Assembly (NCBI GenBank): GCA_003554845.1
Contig: PWHK01000017.1
Span: 11,242 to 75,241, forward strand
Length of the DNA stretch: 64,000 nt
Source: Candidatus Aenigmatarchaeota archaeon
GTDB lineage: Archaea; Aenigmatarchaeota; Aenigmatarchaeia; PWEA01
Direction of reading: 5' to 3'
Below the pieces are notes generated by a model. The model ran no database searches and was not told where the DNA came from. It was given only the letters and a program-made list of their open reading frames with translations. The position numbers and the translations under genes are program-made. Shown in pieces: positions 27,489 through 37,161 of this stretch. How positions within the stretch are numbered: position 1 is the stretch's first letter; every line of letters begins with the position of its first letter.

Positions 27489-27914
27489 TTATCTTACATC
27501 GCCCTCGATCACGACATGGTCCCTTGTCCTTATGCAGAGCGTTGGAACAGATCTTTTTCTGAACTGATCCCTGAGATTTTTATCATTTGTTGCTACCACG
27601 GGACTTTCACATTTCCTTGCCAGTTCGATTATAGACGAGTCTCCGTCTATGTGTTTTGTTTCCATTGTCTCTACGTTGTTTCTCTTCATCAGCTCGAGTG
27701 CTATTCTGGCTGCCTTTGCCTCCTCGCCCCGTCCCCTTGCAATTTTCTGGAGTTCTATCTTTACAGGTTCGGGCACCACGGTTTCGTAGTCTCCTCCCAT
27801 CAGGGAGTCGACCTCTTCGAAAACATCTATTCCAAGTTCTCCGGGGGCCATGAGAAAGTTGGCGTCCATTATAACTGTTGTAATTACTCTCACCTTTACA
27901 GTGGACTGTTCCAC
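27489..27914 (-). CDS. PIN-domain nuclease, Fcf1/Utp24-like
   Basis: MDANFLMAPGELGIDVFEE and VVATNDKNLRDQFRKRSVPTLCIR resemble archaeal Fcf1 homologs. Confidence 0.6.
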   Translation of the reverse strand: MEQSTVKVRVITTVIMDANFLMAPGELGIDVFEEVDSLMGGDYETVVPEPVKIELQKIARGRGEEAKAARIALELMKRNNVETMETKHIDGDSSIIELARKCESPVVATNDKNLRDQFRKRSVPTLCIRTRDHVVIEGDVR

Positions 27915-27952
27915 ATATCCTACTTTGTGCAGAATATTTAAAAACCTAGAGA

Positions 27953-29680
27953 CTATCTGACCGTTACAGACTTGGCAAGATTCCTCGGCCTGTCCACAGG
28001 AAGACCTTTCTTTCTACCTATCCAGTACGTAAGCATAAATCCCAAAACAGCCGAGAAAAAGATAAAATCCTCATCTTCGTCTGGCAGTTCGAACCTGTCT
28101 GAAAATGGAGATATCTCTATGGAGTTTGCTCCCCGGGATTTTACCTCTTTTAAGTTCGAGACTATGTCCGAATTCCTTCGAGGTACAAGGGATATCACAG
28201 GCGTTCCTTCTTCTATGAGGGCAAGCGTACCGTGTTTCAGTTCCCCTCCCATCATCCCCTCGGCATGTATATATGCTATCTCTTTGAGTTTGAGTGATAT
28301 CTCCTCTGCAACCGGGTGCATCTCACCCTTTCCTAATATGTATATATCTTCTTTGTTTTTGAGCTCCTCTGCAACCTTCTTTACAGCCTCTCCGTTCTTC
28401 TTTATCGTGTTTTTGAGGTTCGAAGGCAAATTTCCCACGGAACTTCTACCTCTTATCCTTTTGGATATTTTCCGAAGTGTGTATACCTGGTTGGTAAATG
28501 TCTTTGTTGCGGCGACACAAAACTCACGTCCTGCATGTATACCAAGGTTGACGTCGGATCTTCTCTGTATAGTTGAATGTGGTGTGTTTGTAATCGATGC
28601 TATGTCTGCACCCATCTTCCTTGCAGTTTCAATGGCATCGAGGACGTCCTTTGTTTCCCCGGACTGCGATACTGCTAGGAGAAGAGTCTCCTCATCTATC
28701 TCGAAGTTTTCTCCGAACTCCGATGCTACAACAACCCGGGCATCCACGCCTACCTTCCTTAGAAAACGGGATCCCAACATCGATGCGTGGTGGCTTGTTC
28801 CCGATGCAGTGAGAACGACTTTGTCTTTACCCAGTAGAGCATCTATAAATCCATCGACCTTTTCACTTTCAACGGTTTCCAGTAGTTTTTCAAGCCTTTC
28901 GATGCACCCAGGAATCTCTCTTATCTCCTTCTGCATATAATGCCTGTATCCATTCTTCCCGAAGCTCCTTTCCTTCCATTCTAGGACCTCAGGCTTTCTT
29001 TTTTGAACGGCCCCGTCGAGGTTTTTTATAGTAACATCACAGTTGTCCACGACGGCATATTCGCCGTCTCTTAGAAAAAGGACCCTGTCTGTGTAGGAAT
29101 GAAATGCAAAGGGATCCGAAGCGATGAATACATCTTTTTTTCCTATACCTATAGCCAGGGGAGAACCATTTTTCAGAAGAAAAACCCTTTCTTCCTTCGA
29201 GTCCATGAGGGCTACAGCATAGCTTCCCTTGGCTTTTTCCATGAAACTTACAACTGCATTTTCGACTCCCAAGGTTGATTTTTCTTCTATGTAGTGAACA
29301 GCGACCTCCGAGTCGGTTTCCGAATAGAATTTGTGCCCACCGAGTTCACTCTTTATTTTTCTATGATTTTCTATTATTCCGTTGTGTACAAGGGAAAACC
29401 TATTTTCACAAGAGGAGTGTGGATGGGCGTTTTCATCAGATGCCCTTCCGTGCGTTGCCCATCTTGTATGTCCAATTCCTCCATCTGCCACCGATCCTAA
29501 AAACACTACATTTTCTTTGATTTTTTCTATATCTCCGGTTCCCTTGACCGTCGATATATCGGATCCAGATAGAAATGCCGCCCCGGTCGAGTCGTAACCC
29601 CTGTATTCGAGACGTTTCAACATATCAAGAAGGACTTCGCCTGTGTCACTGCTGCCATAGTGTCCTGCTATTCCACACAT
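27953..29680 (-). CDS. glmS: Glutamine--fructose-6-phosphate aminotransferase (GlmS)
   Basis: Starts MCGIAGHYG (N-terminal Cys nucleophile), GIGHTRWATHG, two SIS domains; 575 aa. Confidence 0.9.
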   Translation of the reverse strand: MCGIAGHYGSSDTGEVLLDMLKRLEYRGYDSTGAAFLSGSDISTVKGTGDIEKIKENVVFLGSVADGGIGHTRWATHGRASDENAHPHSSCENRFSLVHNGIIENHRKIKSELGGHKFYSETDSEVAVHYIEEKSTLGVENAVVSFMEKAKGSYAVALMDSKEERVFLLKNGSPLAIGIGKKDVFIASDPFAFHSYTDRVLFLRDGEYAVVDNCDVTIKNLDGAVQKRKPEVLEWKERSFGKNGYRHYMQKEIREIPGCIERLEKLLETVESEKVDGFIDALLGKDKVVLTASGTSHHASMLGSRFLRKVGVDARVVVASEFGENFEIDEETLLLAVSQSGETKDVLDAIETARKMGADIASITNTPHSTIQRRSDVNLGIHAGREFCVAATKTFTNQVYTLRKISKRIRGRSSVGNLPSNLKNTIKKNGEAVKKVAEELKNKEDIYILGKGEMHPVAEEISLKLKEIAYIHAEGMMGGELKHGTLALIEEGTPVISLVPRRNSDIVSNLKEVKSRGANSIEISPFSDRFELPDEDEDFIFFSAVLGFMLTYWIGRKKGLPVDRPRNLAKSVTVR

Positions 29681-30360
29681 TCTATCTCCCTGGCCCTTTC
29701 AAGATCGCTGTGTCTGCCTACGTCTATCCAGTATTCTTCGAACTCAGTATGTTTTATATTCTTCCCGTCTTCTAACATCAGTCTGATGGAGTCGGTTATC
29801 TCGTACTCGCCTCGGCTTGAAAGTTCTGTTTTTTCTATGTATCTGTATATTTCAGAGGAGAAGACGTATACGCCTGTGTTTATCAGGTTTGATTTTGGAC
29901 TTTCTGGTTTTTCGACCAGGTTCTTTACGTTCTTTCCTTCTGTCTCGAGTACACCGAACTCCGAGGGATTTTCAACTCTGAAGCTACCTACCACTACATC
30001 TGCACCGTCTTTTTTGAACTCGGAGACAGAGGCCTCTATGTTTTTCCTGTGCATAAACACGTCTCCGTTTACGGCAACAAACGGTGATTCAAAGGAAGAA
30101 AGCCCTATTGCATGGGCCGTTCCCAGCTGTTGATCCTGTTCAATAAACTCAAGTCCTCTGTATTTTTTCAGCCTATCCTCGAGAACATCCCCCATATACC
30201 CCTTTACAATGGATATGTCCTTTATACCCAGGGATCTGAGATCCTTGATTATATGTTCTATAAGAGGTCTTCCCTTTACCTTCACAAGGACCTTTGGTTT
30301 GTTTTCTGTGAGAGGCCTGAGCCTTGATCCCTTGCCTGCAGCCAGTATCAAACCCTTCAT
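29668..30360 (-). CDS. Sugar-phosphate nucleotidyltransferase (GlmU/RmlA N-terminal type)
   Basis: MKGLILAAGKGSRLRPLTENKPK signature; overlaps glmS by 13 nt (same operon). Confidence 0.8.
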   Translation of the reverse strand: MKGLILAAGKGSRLRPLTENKPKVLVKVKGRPLIEHIIKDLRSLGIKDISIVKGYMGDVLEDRLKKYRGLEFIEQDQQLGTAHAIGLSSFESPFVAVNGDVFMHRKNIEASVSEFKKDGADVVVGSFRVENPSEFGVLETEGKNVKNLVEKPESPKSNLINTGVYVFSSEIYRYIEKTELSSRGEYEITDSIRLMLEDGKNIKHTEFEEYWIDVGRHSDLERAREIECVE

Positions 30361-30455
30361 GCTAACCCTTTGGTTTCTTTACCTATATAAAAATAATTAA
30401 AACAGAATCTTTTGTGTTATTAAAATATTTATAACAGTCCGCACATTGTAAACAT

Positions 30456-31379
30456 ATGTCCGAAAGACTTGTCAGGGAAAGGGAAGGAGAGGTATGGATG
30501 AAGGACATGGAGATGCTGGACGAAGAAAGCATAGACTCTCTCAGCAGCAAGACGGTCGGTGTGTTGGGTTCACTTATAGAAGAGGAGTCCTACCCAAGGA
30601 AGATCGCAGAGAAACTGGGAATACATGAACAGAGGGTGTATTATCATATAAACAAGCTGAAGGAGTCGGGGCTTGTTGAGGTTTCAAGGGAGGAGAGAAG
30701 AGGTGGTGCGCTCTGCAAGTTCTACCGTCCGACGGCCGAGGCCTTTGGGTTTAATATGAGCGACAGATGGAGCAGAAGTAAAAAGAGCACACTTAAAACA
30801 GACTCCGGGACACTTAACTTCTTCTCGGATTTCATAGACTCGGGTGTTTTCGGGGGATCCATTGTAGTTGGTTCACCCAAGGAGCATGGTCCCTTTATGA
30901 CCGCTGCCAGGGATGGTCATTATGCCATCCAGCTCGGTCTCTACCTCGGTGGGTTCTGCGACACAGGCAACAGATTTGTAGTTAAACTCGATACAGAGGT
31001 AAAGGCAGAGGAAGCACTTGACAGGGATCTTATACTAGTGGGAGGTCCTATAACAAATACAGTTTCGAGGGATATTAACGAAGGTCTGGAAGTAGGGTTT
31101 GACTGGGAGAACAGATGGAAGATAGTCTCGAAGATTACAGGCAACTCATACTCCGACGAAAACATAGGACTTGTTGCAAAGGTGGATGTGAATGGCCACA
31201 GCAGAATACTACTTTCTGGTCTGGACTTCGAGGGCACAAAGACGTGTATACTGGGGGTAACACAGCAGCCAAAGAAGGTTTTGGAAGGCTACAACCGAGG
31301 AAGTGATTTTTACAGGGTTATAAAGGGATTGGACAGAGACGGCGATGGAAAGACAGATGACATAGAAGTATTGGAGTAG
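30456..31379 (+). CDS. Winged-helix (ArsR/TrmB-like) N-terminal domain fused to an uncharacterised ~200-aa C-terminal domain
   Basis: HTH segment SYPRKIAEKLGIHEQRVYYHINKLKESGLVE; the C-terminal domain has internally repeated G-rich motifs (IVVGSPKEHGP..., LILVGGPITNTVSRDIN) with no confident family assignment. Confidence 0.4.
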   Translation: MSERLVREREGEVWMKDMEMLDEESIDSLSSKTVGVLGSLIEEESYPRKIAEKLGIHEQRVYYHINKLKESGLVEVSREERRGGALCKFYRPTAEAFGFNMSDRWSRSKKSTLKTDSGTLNFFSDFIDSGVFGGSIVVGSPKEHGPFMTAARDGHYAIQLGLYLGGFCDTGNRFVVKLDTEVKAEEALDRDLILVGGPITNTVSRDINEGLEVGFDWENRWKIVSKITGNSYSDENIGLVAKVDVNGHSRILLSGLDFEGTKTCILGVTQQPKKVLEGYNRGSDFYRVIKGLDRDGDGKTDDIEVLE

Positions 31380-31389
31380 GTTACTCCTT

Positions 31390-32310
31390 TTAGAAACCAA
31401 TTTTCTCGGCGTTGACGTCGGCAACTTCCTGTAGATAATCTATTATTTCATCACCGCCTTCCTTCTTGAAGAGATGCTTGAACCTTCCCTGAACCTTGAG
31501 ATATTCCTCTACAGGCTTTCTGTCCTTTACCTTCATTGTATTTGTTATTCTTCCGTTTTCCATCTCAAAGACAGGGTATAGACCTGTTTCCACAGCGAGA
31601 CGGGCTATCTTTATTGTATTCTTTGATTCATGTCTCCAGCCACGCGGACAGGGAGCAAATATCTGTATGTATTTTGGTCCCTCGATCTCAAGCGCCTTCT
31701 TGACCTTGCGTTTAAAGTCCTCGGGATAGGCCACACTGGCCGTTGCTACGTATTCTAATCCGTGCGCTGCAGCTATACTTGGCATATCCTTTTTACGTAT
31801 ATCTTCCCCGAGGCTCTGTTTTCCTGCAGGCGTTGTAGTTGTCGCCGCACCCATAGGTGTGCTTCCACTTCTTTGTATTCCTGTGTTCATGTAGGCCTCG
31901 TTGTCGTAACATATATAGAGTACGTCATGTCCTCTCTCCATCATACCACTGAGGCTGCGTATACCGATATCAAACGTGGCGCCGTCTCCTGCCAGAACAA
32001 CAAAGTTTACATCGTCCTTGTCTGTGTAACCCTCCTTGCCTCTCTTACTGAACGATTTGTATGCGGTCTCTATTCCTCCTGCGACGGCTGCAGAGTTCTC
32101 AAATATATTATGTATCCAGCTTATTCCCCAGGCACTTTCTGGGTAGGGTGTAGTTGTTACTTCCATACAACCGGTTGGCATCGAAAGTATTGTCTGTGGG
32201 CCTGTGGCCTCTGTTACAAGCTTCGATGTCAAAGCTGCTCCACATCCAGGACATGCCCTGTGTCCCGAACAAAATAGATCTTCATCGTGTTTGAACCTGT
32301 CTTCTGTCAT
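31390..32310 (-). CDS. porB: Pyruvate:ferredoxin oxidoreductase beta subunit (TPP-binding)
   Basis: Cys-rich N-terminus [11 protein letters not shown] and TPP motif GDGATFDIG; last gene of a porGDAB-ordered operon. Confidence 0.9.
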   Translation of the reverse strand: MTEDRFKHDEDLFCSGHRACPGCGAALTSKLVTEATGPQTILSMPTGCMEVTTTPYPESAWGISWIHNIFENSAAVAGGIETAYKSFSKRGKEGYTDKDDVNFVVLAGDGATFDIGIRSLSGMMERGHDVLYICYDNEAYMNTGIQRSGSTPMGAATTTTPAGKQSLGEDIRKKDMPSIAAAHGLEYVATASVAYPEDFKRKVKKALEIEGPKYIQIFAPCPRGWRHESKNTIKIARLAVETGLYPVFEMENGRITNTMKVKDRKPVEEYLKVQGRFKHLFKKEGGDEIIDYLQEVADVNAEKIGF

Positions 32311-33530
32311 AGCTCATCATCCCCGGGAAGTATTTCGGTTCTCAGTGAGTCCCATCTTTCTTCGTTTTCGAATCCTACATCTTCGGGATTCTTTCCACGT
32401 ACCTCCTTTGTCTGTTCTACCATTTTTCTTATATTGTCCTTTCTGACGTCCCTGCCTGCAAGCCCCGCTATAAAGTTCAGTATGGGTATACGGCTTCCTG
32501 TGGAGTACATGGCGGACTTTATGTCTATGGCCAGTCCTCCTTGGTATCCCAGAGATATATCTTTCTCTATTACTGCTATGGCTTCGGCGTCCTCCAGGAC
32601 CTTGTTCAGTTCCTCTACAGGGAAGGGTCTGTATACCCTTGGACGTACGATACCGATCTTTTCACCCTTCTTTCTGTATTCGTCTACAATATATCTTATG
32701 GTTCCGCATATGCTTCCGAGGGCTACAAGTATTACGTCTGCGTCTTCTGCGCGATAGGTCTCTATGAGACCCCTGTGTTCAAGTCCATATTCCCTACCGA
32801 ATATATCGGCAAACTCCTCTACAGCATCTGCTATTTTGTCCTTGGCCTTCAACTGTGCCTTGTGGACGGTGTATCTCGTTTCGGTCCAATGTTCGGGCCT
32901 TGCATATGCGCCCATGGTCTTTGGGTTGGACGGATCAAGTGTATATATAGGATCTCTCTGTGGTAGGAATCCCGAAAGTTCCTCTTCGCTAAATGGTTCA
33001 ACGCCTTCCTGTACATGTGTTAGTATAAATCCATCTAGACACGAAAGCGCAGGAAGTGAGATTTCGTTGTCTTCTGCGACCCGGTAGGCTATTGCTATGT
33101 TGTCCATGGCCTCCTGTACATCTTCTGCATAGAACTGTATCATTCCACCGTCTCTTTCTGCAAAGGTGTCCGTATGGTCTCCCCATATACTCAGGGGTGC
33201 TGAAAGGCTTCTGTTGGCCACGGCAAGCACAAGCGGCAGTCTCATTCCGGATGCACTGAACAGAGGCTCGCTCATAAGCTTAAGCCCCTGTGAGCATGTG
33301 GCTGTAAAGACTCTGGCTCCGGCTGCACTTGCGCCTATGGCGGTGGATGCAGCGTTGAACTCGCTGTCTACTTTGACGTATTCACTGGTGAGCTCTCCAT
33401 CTGCGACCATTTCACTTATCCTTTCGACGATGTCGGTCTGTGGTGTTATGGGATATGCCGGTATAACATCTGGATTGCATGCCTTTACGGCCTCTGCAAC
33501 TGCATTATATCCTGTTAGCATCTTTGCCAT
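32307..33530 (-). CDS. porA: Pyruvate:ferredoxin oxidoreductase alpha subunit
   Basis: 407 aa; [33 protein letters not shown]-terminus typical of PorA. Confidence 0.9.
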   Translation of the reverse strand: MAKMLTGYNAVAEAVKACNPDVIPAYPITPQTDIVERISEMVADGELTSEYVKVDSEFNAASTAIGASAAGARVFTATCSQGLKLMSEPLFSASGMRLPLVLAVANRSLSAPLSIWGDHTDTFAERDGGMIQFYAEDVQEAMDNIAIAYRVAEDNEISLPALSCLDGFILTHVQEGVEPFSEEELSGFLPQRDPIYTLDPSNPKTMGAYARPEHWTETRYTVHKAQLKAKDKIADAVEEFADIFGREYGLEHRGLIETYRAEDADVILVALGSICGTIRYIVDEYRKKGEKIGIVRPRVYRPFPVEELNKVLEDAEAIAVIEKDISLGYQGGLAIDIKSAMYSTGSRIPILNFIAGLAGRDVRKDNIRKMVEQTKEVRGKNPEDVGFENEERWDSLRTEILPGDDEL

Positions 33531-33531
33531 A

Positions 33532-33816
33532 TCACTTCTCCTCCTTCTCCATTATTATAGCCTTCACGGGACATTCTTCGGCGCATATTCCACATCCCTT
33601 GCAGTAGTCCAGATCAATTTCAAACTTTCCATTTTCTGTCTCCTTTACAGCCATGTCAGGGCAGAACTTTTCGCAGTTTCCACACGCCACGCATTTTTCA
33701 TGGTCTATTACAGGTCTTTCCGATCTCCAGCTTCCTGTCTTATTGACAAGCGTTGTCCTTGGTTCTACTACTGCCCCTTTACTTATCTTGAGATCTTTAT
33801 ATGGATTATCTGCCAT
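33532..33816 (-). CDS. porD: Pyruvate:ferredoxin oxidoreductase delta subunit (2x[4Fe-4S] ferredoxin)
   Basis: Two CxxCxxCxxxCP motifs (CVACGNCEKFCP, CKGCGICAEECP). Confidence 0.9.
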   Translation of the reverse strand: MADNPYKDLKISKGAVVEPRTTLVNKTGSWRSERPVIDHEKCVACGNCEKFCPDMAVKETENGKFEIDLDYCKGCGICAEECPVKAIIMEKEEK

Positions 33817-33948
33817 CTAAAATTCTACCTCTTTCATCTACAAACTTTATGTCGTCTTTTTTCTCGTTATAAAGCATCTCTTGGCGGGTATCTCCCCACT
33901 CTACCAAACCAGAGACGGGTTTATAGCCTTCTTCCAGAAGTTTTTCTT

Positions 33949-34512
33949 TCATTCAACCGCCTCGTATGCCTCTTTCATGGCCTTTACGTTTTTTTCACCG
34001 ATTTCTCCTCCGAAGGTTTCTCTTATAATCCCGGCCATACTTTCTTTTTTTATTAGGCCTGTTGCCCTTGTAAAGGCACCCGCAAGTGCAGTATTCATTA
34101 TAGGCCTTCCTAGATGTTTGAGGGCTATCTCTGTTGCATCTACTGTTACGATCTTTGCCTCTGTGTCTATGTCTATATCCTCGGCGTCCTTGGAACTGTT
34201 CACGATTATCATTCCGTCTTCCTTGAGACCTCCTGCAACGTCGACCAGTTCTATCAACGTGGAGTCCTGAACTATGACGTAGTCGGGATTGTATACCTGG
34301 CTCCTGTCTGTTATCTTTCTTTCGTCTACACGTACGTACGACTCTATAGGGGCTCCAAGTCTTTCAACTCCAAAGGATGGAAATCCCTGTGCATGTTTAC
34401 CCGATTCAAAGGCAGCTTCTGCCATCATAGAAGCCATTGTAACACAGCCCTGTCCACCACGTCCATGTATCCGTATCTGTTCCATTCCACACCAGCATAC
34501 AGTCTGTTCCAT
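33949..34512 (-). CDS. porG: Pyruvate:ferredoxin oxidoreductase gamma subunit
   Basis: 187 aa; IRIHGRGGQG motif. Confidence 0.85.
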   Translation of the reverse strand: MEQTVCWCGMEQIRIHGRGGQGCVTMASMMAEAAFESGKHAQGFPSFGVERLGAPIESYVRVDERKITDRSQVYNPDYVIVQDSTLIELVDVAGGLKEDGMIIVNSSKDAEDIDIDTEAKIVTVDATEIALKHLGRPIMNTALAGAFTRATGLIKKESMAGIIRETFGGEIGEKNVKAMKEAYEAVE

Positions 34513-34704
34513 AGTATTGATTCGAGTAGTTTTTAAGTTTTTCCTGGTCCACCGAAACCTAGAGTTCGACGATTATAAAAACGTATGCTCGTTCTTTGAC
34601 GAAAGGCTTGTTGTATGAACATCCTGAGCATTTCCCTATTTTTAAATATCTCTGGTGGAAGTCTACTTTAGGAATGATCTCTGTTAGCACTGTATGCATA
34701 AGAG

Positions 34705-36447
34705 GTGTTGAGAATGTCGGAAAGAAGAAGACAGCCAATAATTTCAGTCCTGGGCCACGTGGATCACGGAAAGACAACTATACTGGACAGGATAAGGGAG
34801 ACAAAGGTGGCCTCGGGGGAGGCAGGTGGAATAACACAACACATAGGAGCAACCGAGATAACCCTTGATGTTATAAAACAGCAGTGTGGAAAACTTCTTT
34901 CTTCAGGCGATATCAAAATACCAGGCCTCCTGTTTATAGATACCCCTGGCCATGAGGCCTTTACGACTTTGAGAAAGAGAGGAGGTTCTGTTTCGGACCT
35001 TGCCGTTCTTGTCGTGGATATAAACGAGGGATTCAAGCCACAGACCGATGAGTCACTGCAGTTTCTAAAGGACTTCAATACACCCTTTGTGGTGGCTGCA
35101 ACAAAGCTTGATAAAATACGTGGATGGAATTCTGTCGATGGGGCGTGTTTCTCGGAGGCCTTCGGTAAGCAGCGAAAAAAAGTCAGAGAAGGTCTCGACG
35201 AAGAGATATACAAACTTATGGGGGACCTCTCGGAGAGAGGTGTTACATCCGATAGATTCGACAGAGTCGACGACTTCAGGAAGAAGGTCGGTATAGTTCC
35301 TGTTTCTGGAATTACAGGAGAGGGTATTCCTGATATGCTTGCGGTTCTCATAGGTCTTTCCCAGAAATTTCTCTCCGGTAACCTCGAAATAGAGTCTAAC
35401 AAGGGAAGAGGAACAGTTTTGGAGGTAAAAGAATCCAGGGGACTTGGTACAACGCTTGATGTCATACTATACCAGGGAATCATGAGGAAGGGAGACAAGA
35501 TAGTTGTGGGAGGAGACAGGCCTGTTGTTTCAAGTGTAAAGGCTCTTTTGAAGCCAAGAGAGCTCGGAGAACTCAGAACCGAAAAGAAGTTTGTTAGCTT
35601 CGATGAGGTGAGTGCAGCCTCGGGTGTTAAGGTTTCGGGTCCTGGTCTTGATGGCGTAGTGGCAGGATCCCCACTTCAGAGCCTCAGGCCGGAAGGTGAT
35701 GTGGAGAGGGCTATAGATGAGATGAAGGAAGAGGTGGAAGAGGTCAAAATAGAGTCCCATGGCGAGGGAATTATAATTAAGGCGGATACTCTAGGGAGCC
35801 TAGAAGGAATGATAAATATGTTAGAGGACAAGGATATTCCTATAATGAAGGCTTCTATAGGTGATGTGACCAGGAAGGACGCCATGGAGGCCAGGTCGGT
35901 TGGGGATCCACTAAAGAGGGCAATTTTTGCCTTCAATGTAGGTGTTACCGATGCTGCATCCAAGTGTAAGGAGGACGTTAAGATATTCAAGAGCCCCGTT
36001 GTATACAGGCTTGTGGAGGAATATGAGGAATGGAAGAAGGAAAGGAGCGAGGAGATAAGGAGGGAAAAGCTGAGGGAGGTCACACGACCAGGCAAGATAA
36101 GACTTCTTCCGGGTTACGTCTTCAGGCAGAGAAAGCCTGCGGTTGTCGGGTCTGAAGTTATAGAAGGTGTTATACAGCCAGGTTACGATCTTGTAAAGGA
36201 AGGAAAAAGAATTGGCAGGATAAAGGAGATACAGGAAGAAGGCGTTTCGGTCGACAGCGCCAAGGGAGGAGATAAGGTTGCTGTGTCCCTGAGTGGCGTT
36301 ACAGTTGGAAGGCAGGTCGAAGAGGGCGATGTTCTTTACAATCTTCTATCGGATAGAGATATACTGAAGCTTGAGGAGTTGGAGGACATGCTGTCAAAGG
36401 GGGAGAAGCGTGTTCTCGGCGAGGGAAAGGAAAAGCTCTACGGATAA
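34705..36447 (+). CDS. infB: Translation initiation factor aIF5B (IF-2 homolog)
   Basis: G-domain motifs VLGHVDHGKTT, DTPGHEAF, TKLD; 580 aa, no intein. Confidence 0.9.
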   Translation: MLRMSERRRQPIISVLGHVDHGKTTILDRIRETKVASGEAGGITQHIGATEITLDVIKQQCGKLLSSGDIKIPGLLFIDTPGHEAFTTLRKRGGSVSDLAVLVVDINEGFKPQTDESLQFLKDFNTPFVVAATKLDKIRGWNSVDGACFSEAFGKQRKKVREGLDEEIYKLMGDLSERGVTSDRFDRVDDFRKKVGIVPVSGITGEGIPDMLAVLIGLSQKFLSGNLEIESNKGRGTVLEVKESRGLGTTLDVILYQGIMRKGDKIVVGGDRPVVSSVKALLKPRELGELRTEKKFVSFDEVSAASGVKVSGPGLDGVVAGSPLQSLRPEGDVERAIDEMKEEVEEVKIESHGEGIIIKADTLGSLEGMINMLEDKDIPIMKASIGDVTRKDAMEARSVGDPLKRAIFAFNVGVTDAASKCKEDVKIFKSPVVYRLVEEYEEWKKERSEEIRREKLREVTRPGKIRLLPGYVFRQRKPAVVGSEVIEGVIQPGYDLVKEGKRIGRIKEIQEEGVSVDSAKGGDKVAVSLSGVTVGRQVEEGDVLYNLLSDRDILKLEELEDMLSKGEKRVLGEGKEKLYG

Positions 36448-36658
36448 CATAAACTATTTAAGTGGTCAGTTGTAATTATATAGTGATAACATGTCCGATG
36501 AAAGACCCGAGACAAAGGATATAGGTTATGATAGTGGAGAGTCATGGAAGAAAGTATACCATGAGATGGGAGTAAAATCCAGGTACCAGGAGAGTTTCTA
36601 ACTCCAATTCCATAATCTTTAAATACCTTGCTATGTCTTTGAACAATGCCCGGAGATG

Positions 36659-36701
36659 ATTTGGAAACGCTTGTTTCCAAACTTGAAAACTTTGTTTTCA
36701 A
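36659..36701 (+). repeat. Two consecutive perfect hairpins (TTTGGAAAC-gctt-GTTTCCAAA and CTTGAAAAC-ttt-GTTTTCAAG) between aIF5B and S6e
   Basis: Two 9-bp perfect inverted repeats, directly abutting; coordinates +/-1. Confidence 0.6.
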
Positions 36702-36719
36702 GAAACTGACCTGGGTGAG

Positions 36720-37148
36720 GTGATTGATATTTTCAAGATAAGTATTTCTGATCCCCAAGAAGGTAGATCTTGGCAGGTAGAAAAGGAAGCCACTCCTCTT
36801 ATTGGGACAAAGATCGGTGAAGAGTTCAACGGATCTCTCATAGGCCTCGAAGGATATACACTTGTGGTTACCGGAGGCAGCGACGAAGAGGGATTTCCAA
36901 TGAGAAGAGGCATCCAGGGAAGCGGCCGTAGAAGGGTTCTTATGAAGACAGGACCTGGATACAGAAACAAAGAAAGTGGAGTAAAGAGAAGGAAGTCTGT
37001 CAGGGGAGAGGTTGTCTCCGAAGATATAGTTCAGGTTAATGTCAAGGTGACAGAAAGAGAAAAAGATGTGGAAGACATACCAGAACTAATTGGACTTGGA
37101 GAGTCCGGTGAGGAGGAACCCGAGGAATCAGAAGAACAAGAGGACTAA
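36720..37148 (+). CDS. rps6e: 30S ribosomal protein S6e (alternative GTG start)
   Basis: FKISISDPQEGRSWQVEKEATPLIGTKIGEEFNGSLIGLEGYTLVVTGGSDEEGFPMR is S6e; acidic tail. Confidence 0.85.
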   Translation: MIDIFKISISDPQEGRSWQVEKEATPLIGTKIGEEFNGSLIGLEGYTLVVTGGSDEEGFPMRRGIQGSGRRRVLMKTGPGYRNKESGVKRRKSVRGEVVSEDIVQVNVKVTEREKDVEDIPELIGLGESGEEEPEESEEQED

Positions 37149-37161
37149 ACTGTGATGGAAT

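Noticed and set aside
34705-36447. Checked large information-processing genes (aIF5B, NrdD, PriSL, PCNA, GluRS) for inteins
   Set aside because: Lengths are canonical and no intein splice motifs or homing-endonuclease blocks are evident
36448-36719. 272-nt spacer considered as RNase P RNA or SRP RNA locus
   Set aside because: No CR-I/CR-IV-like RNase P motifs (e.g. GGAAAGUCC) or SRP helix-8 motifs; AT-rich apart from the two hairpins
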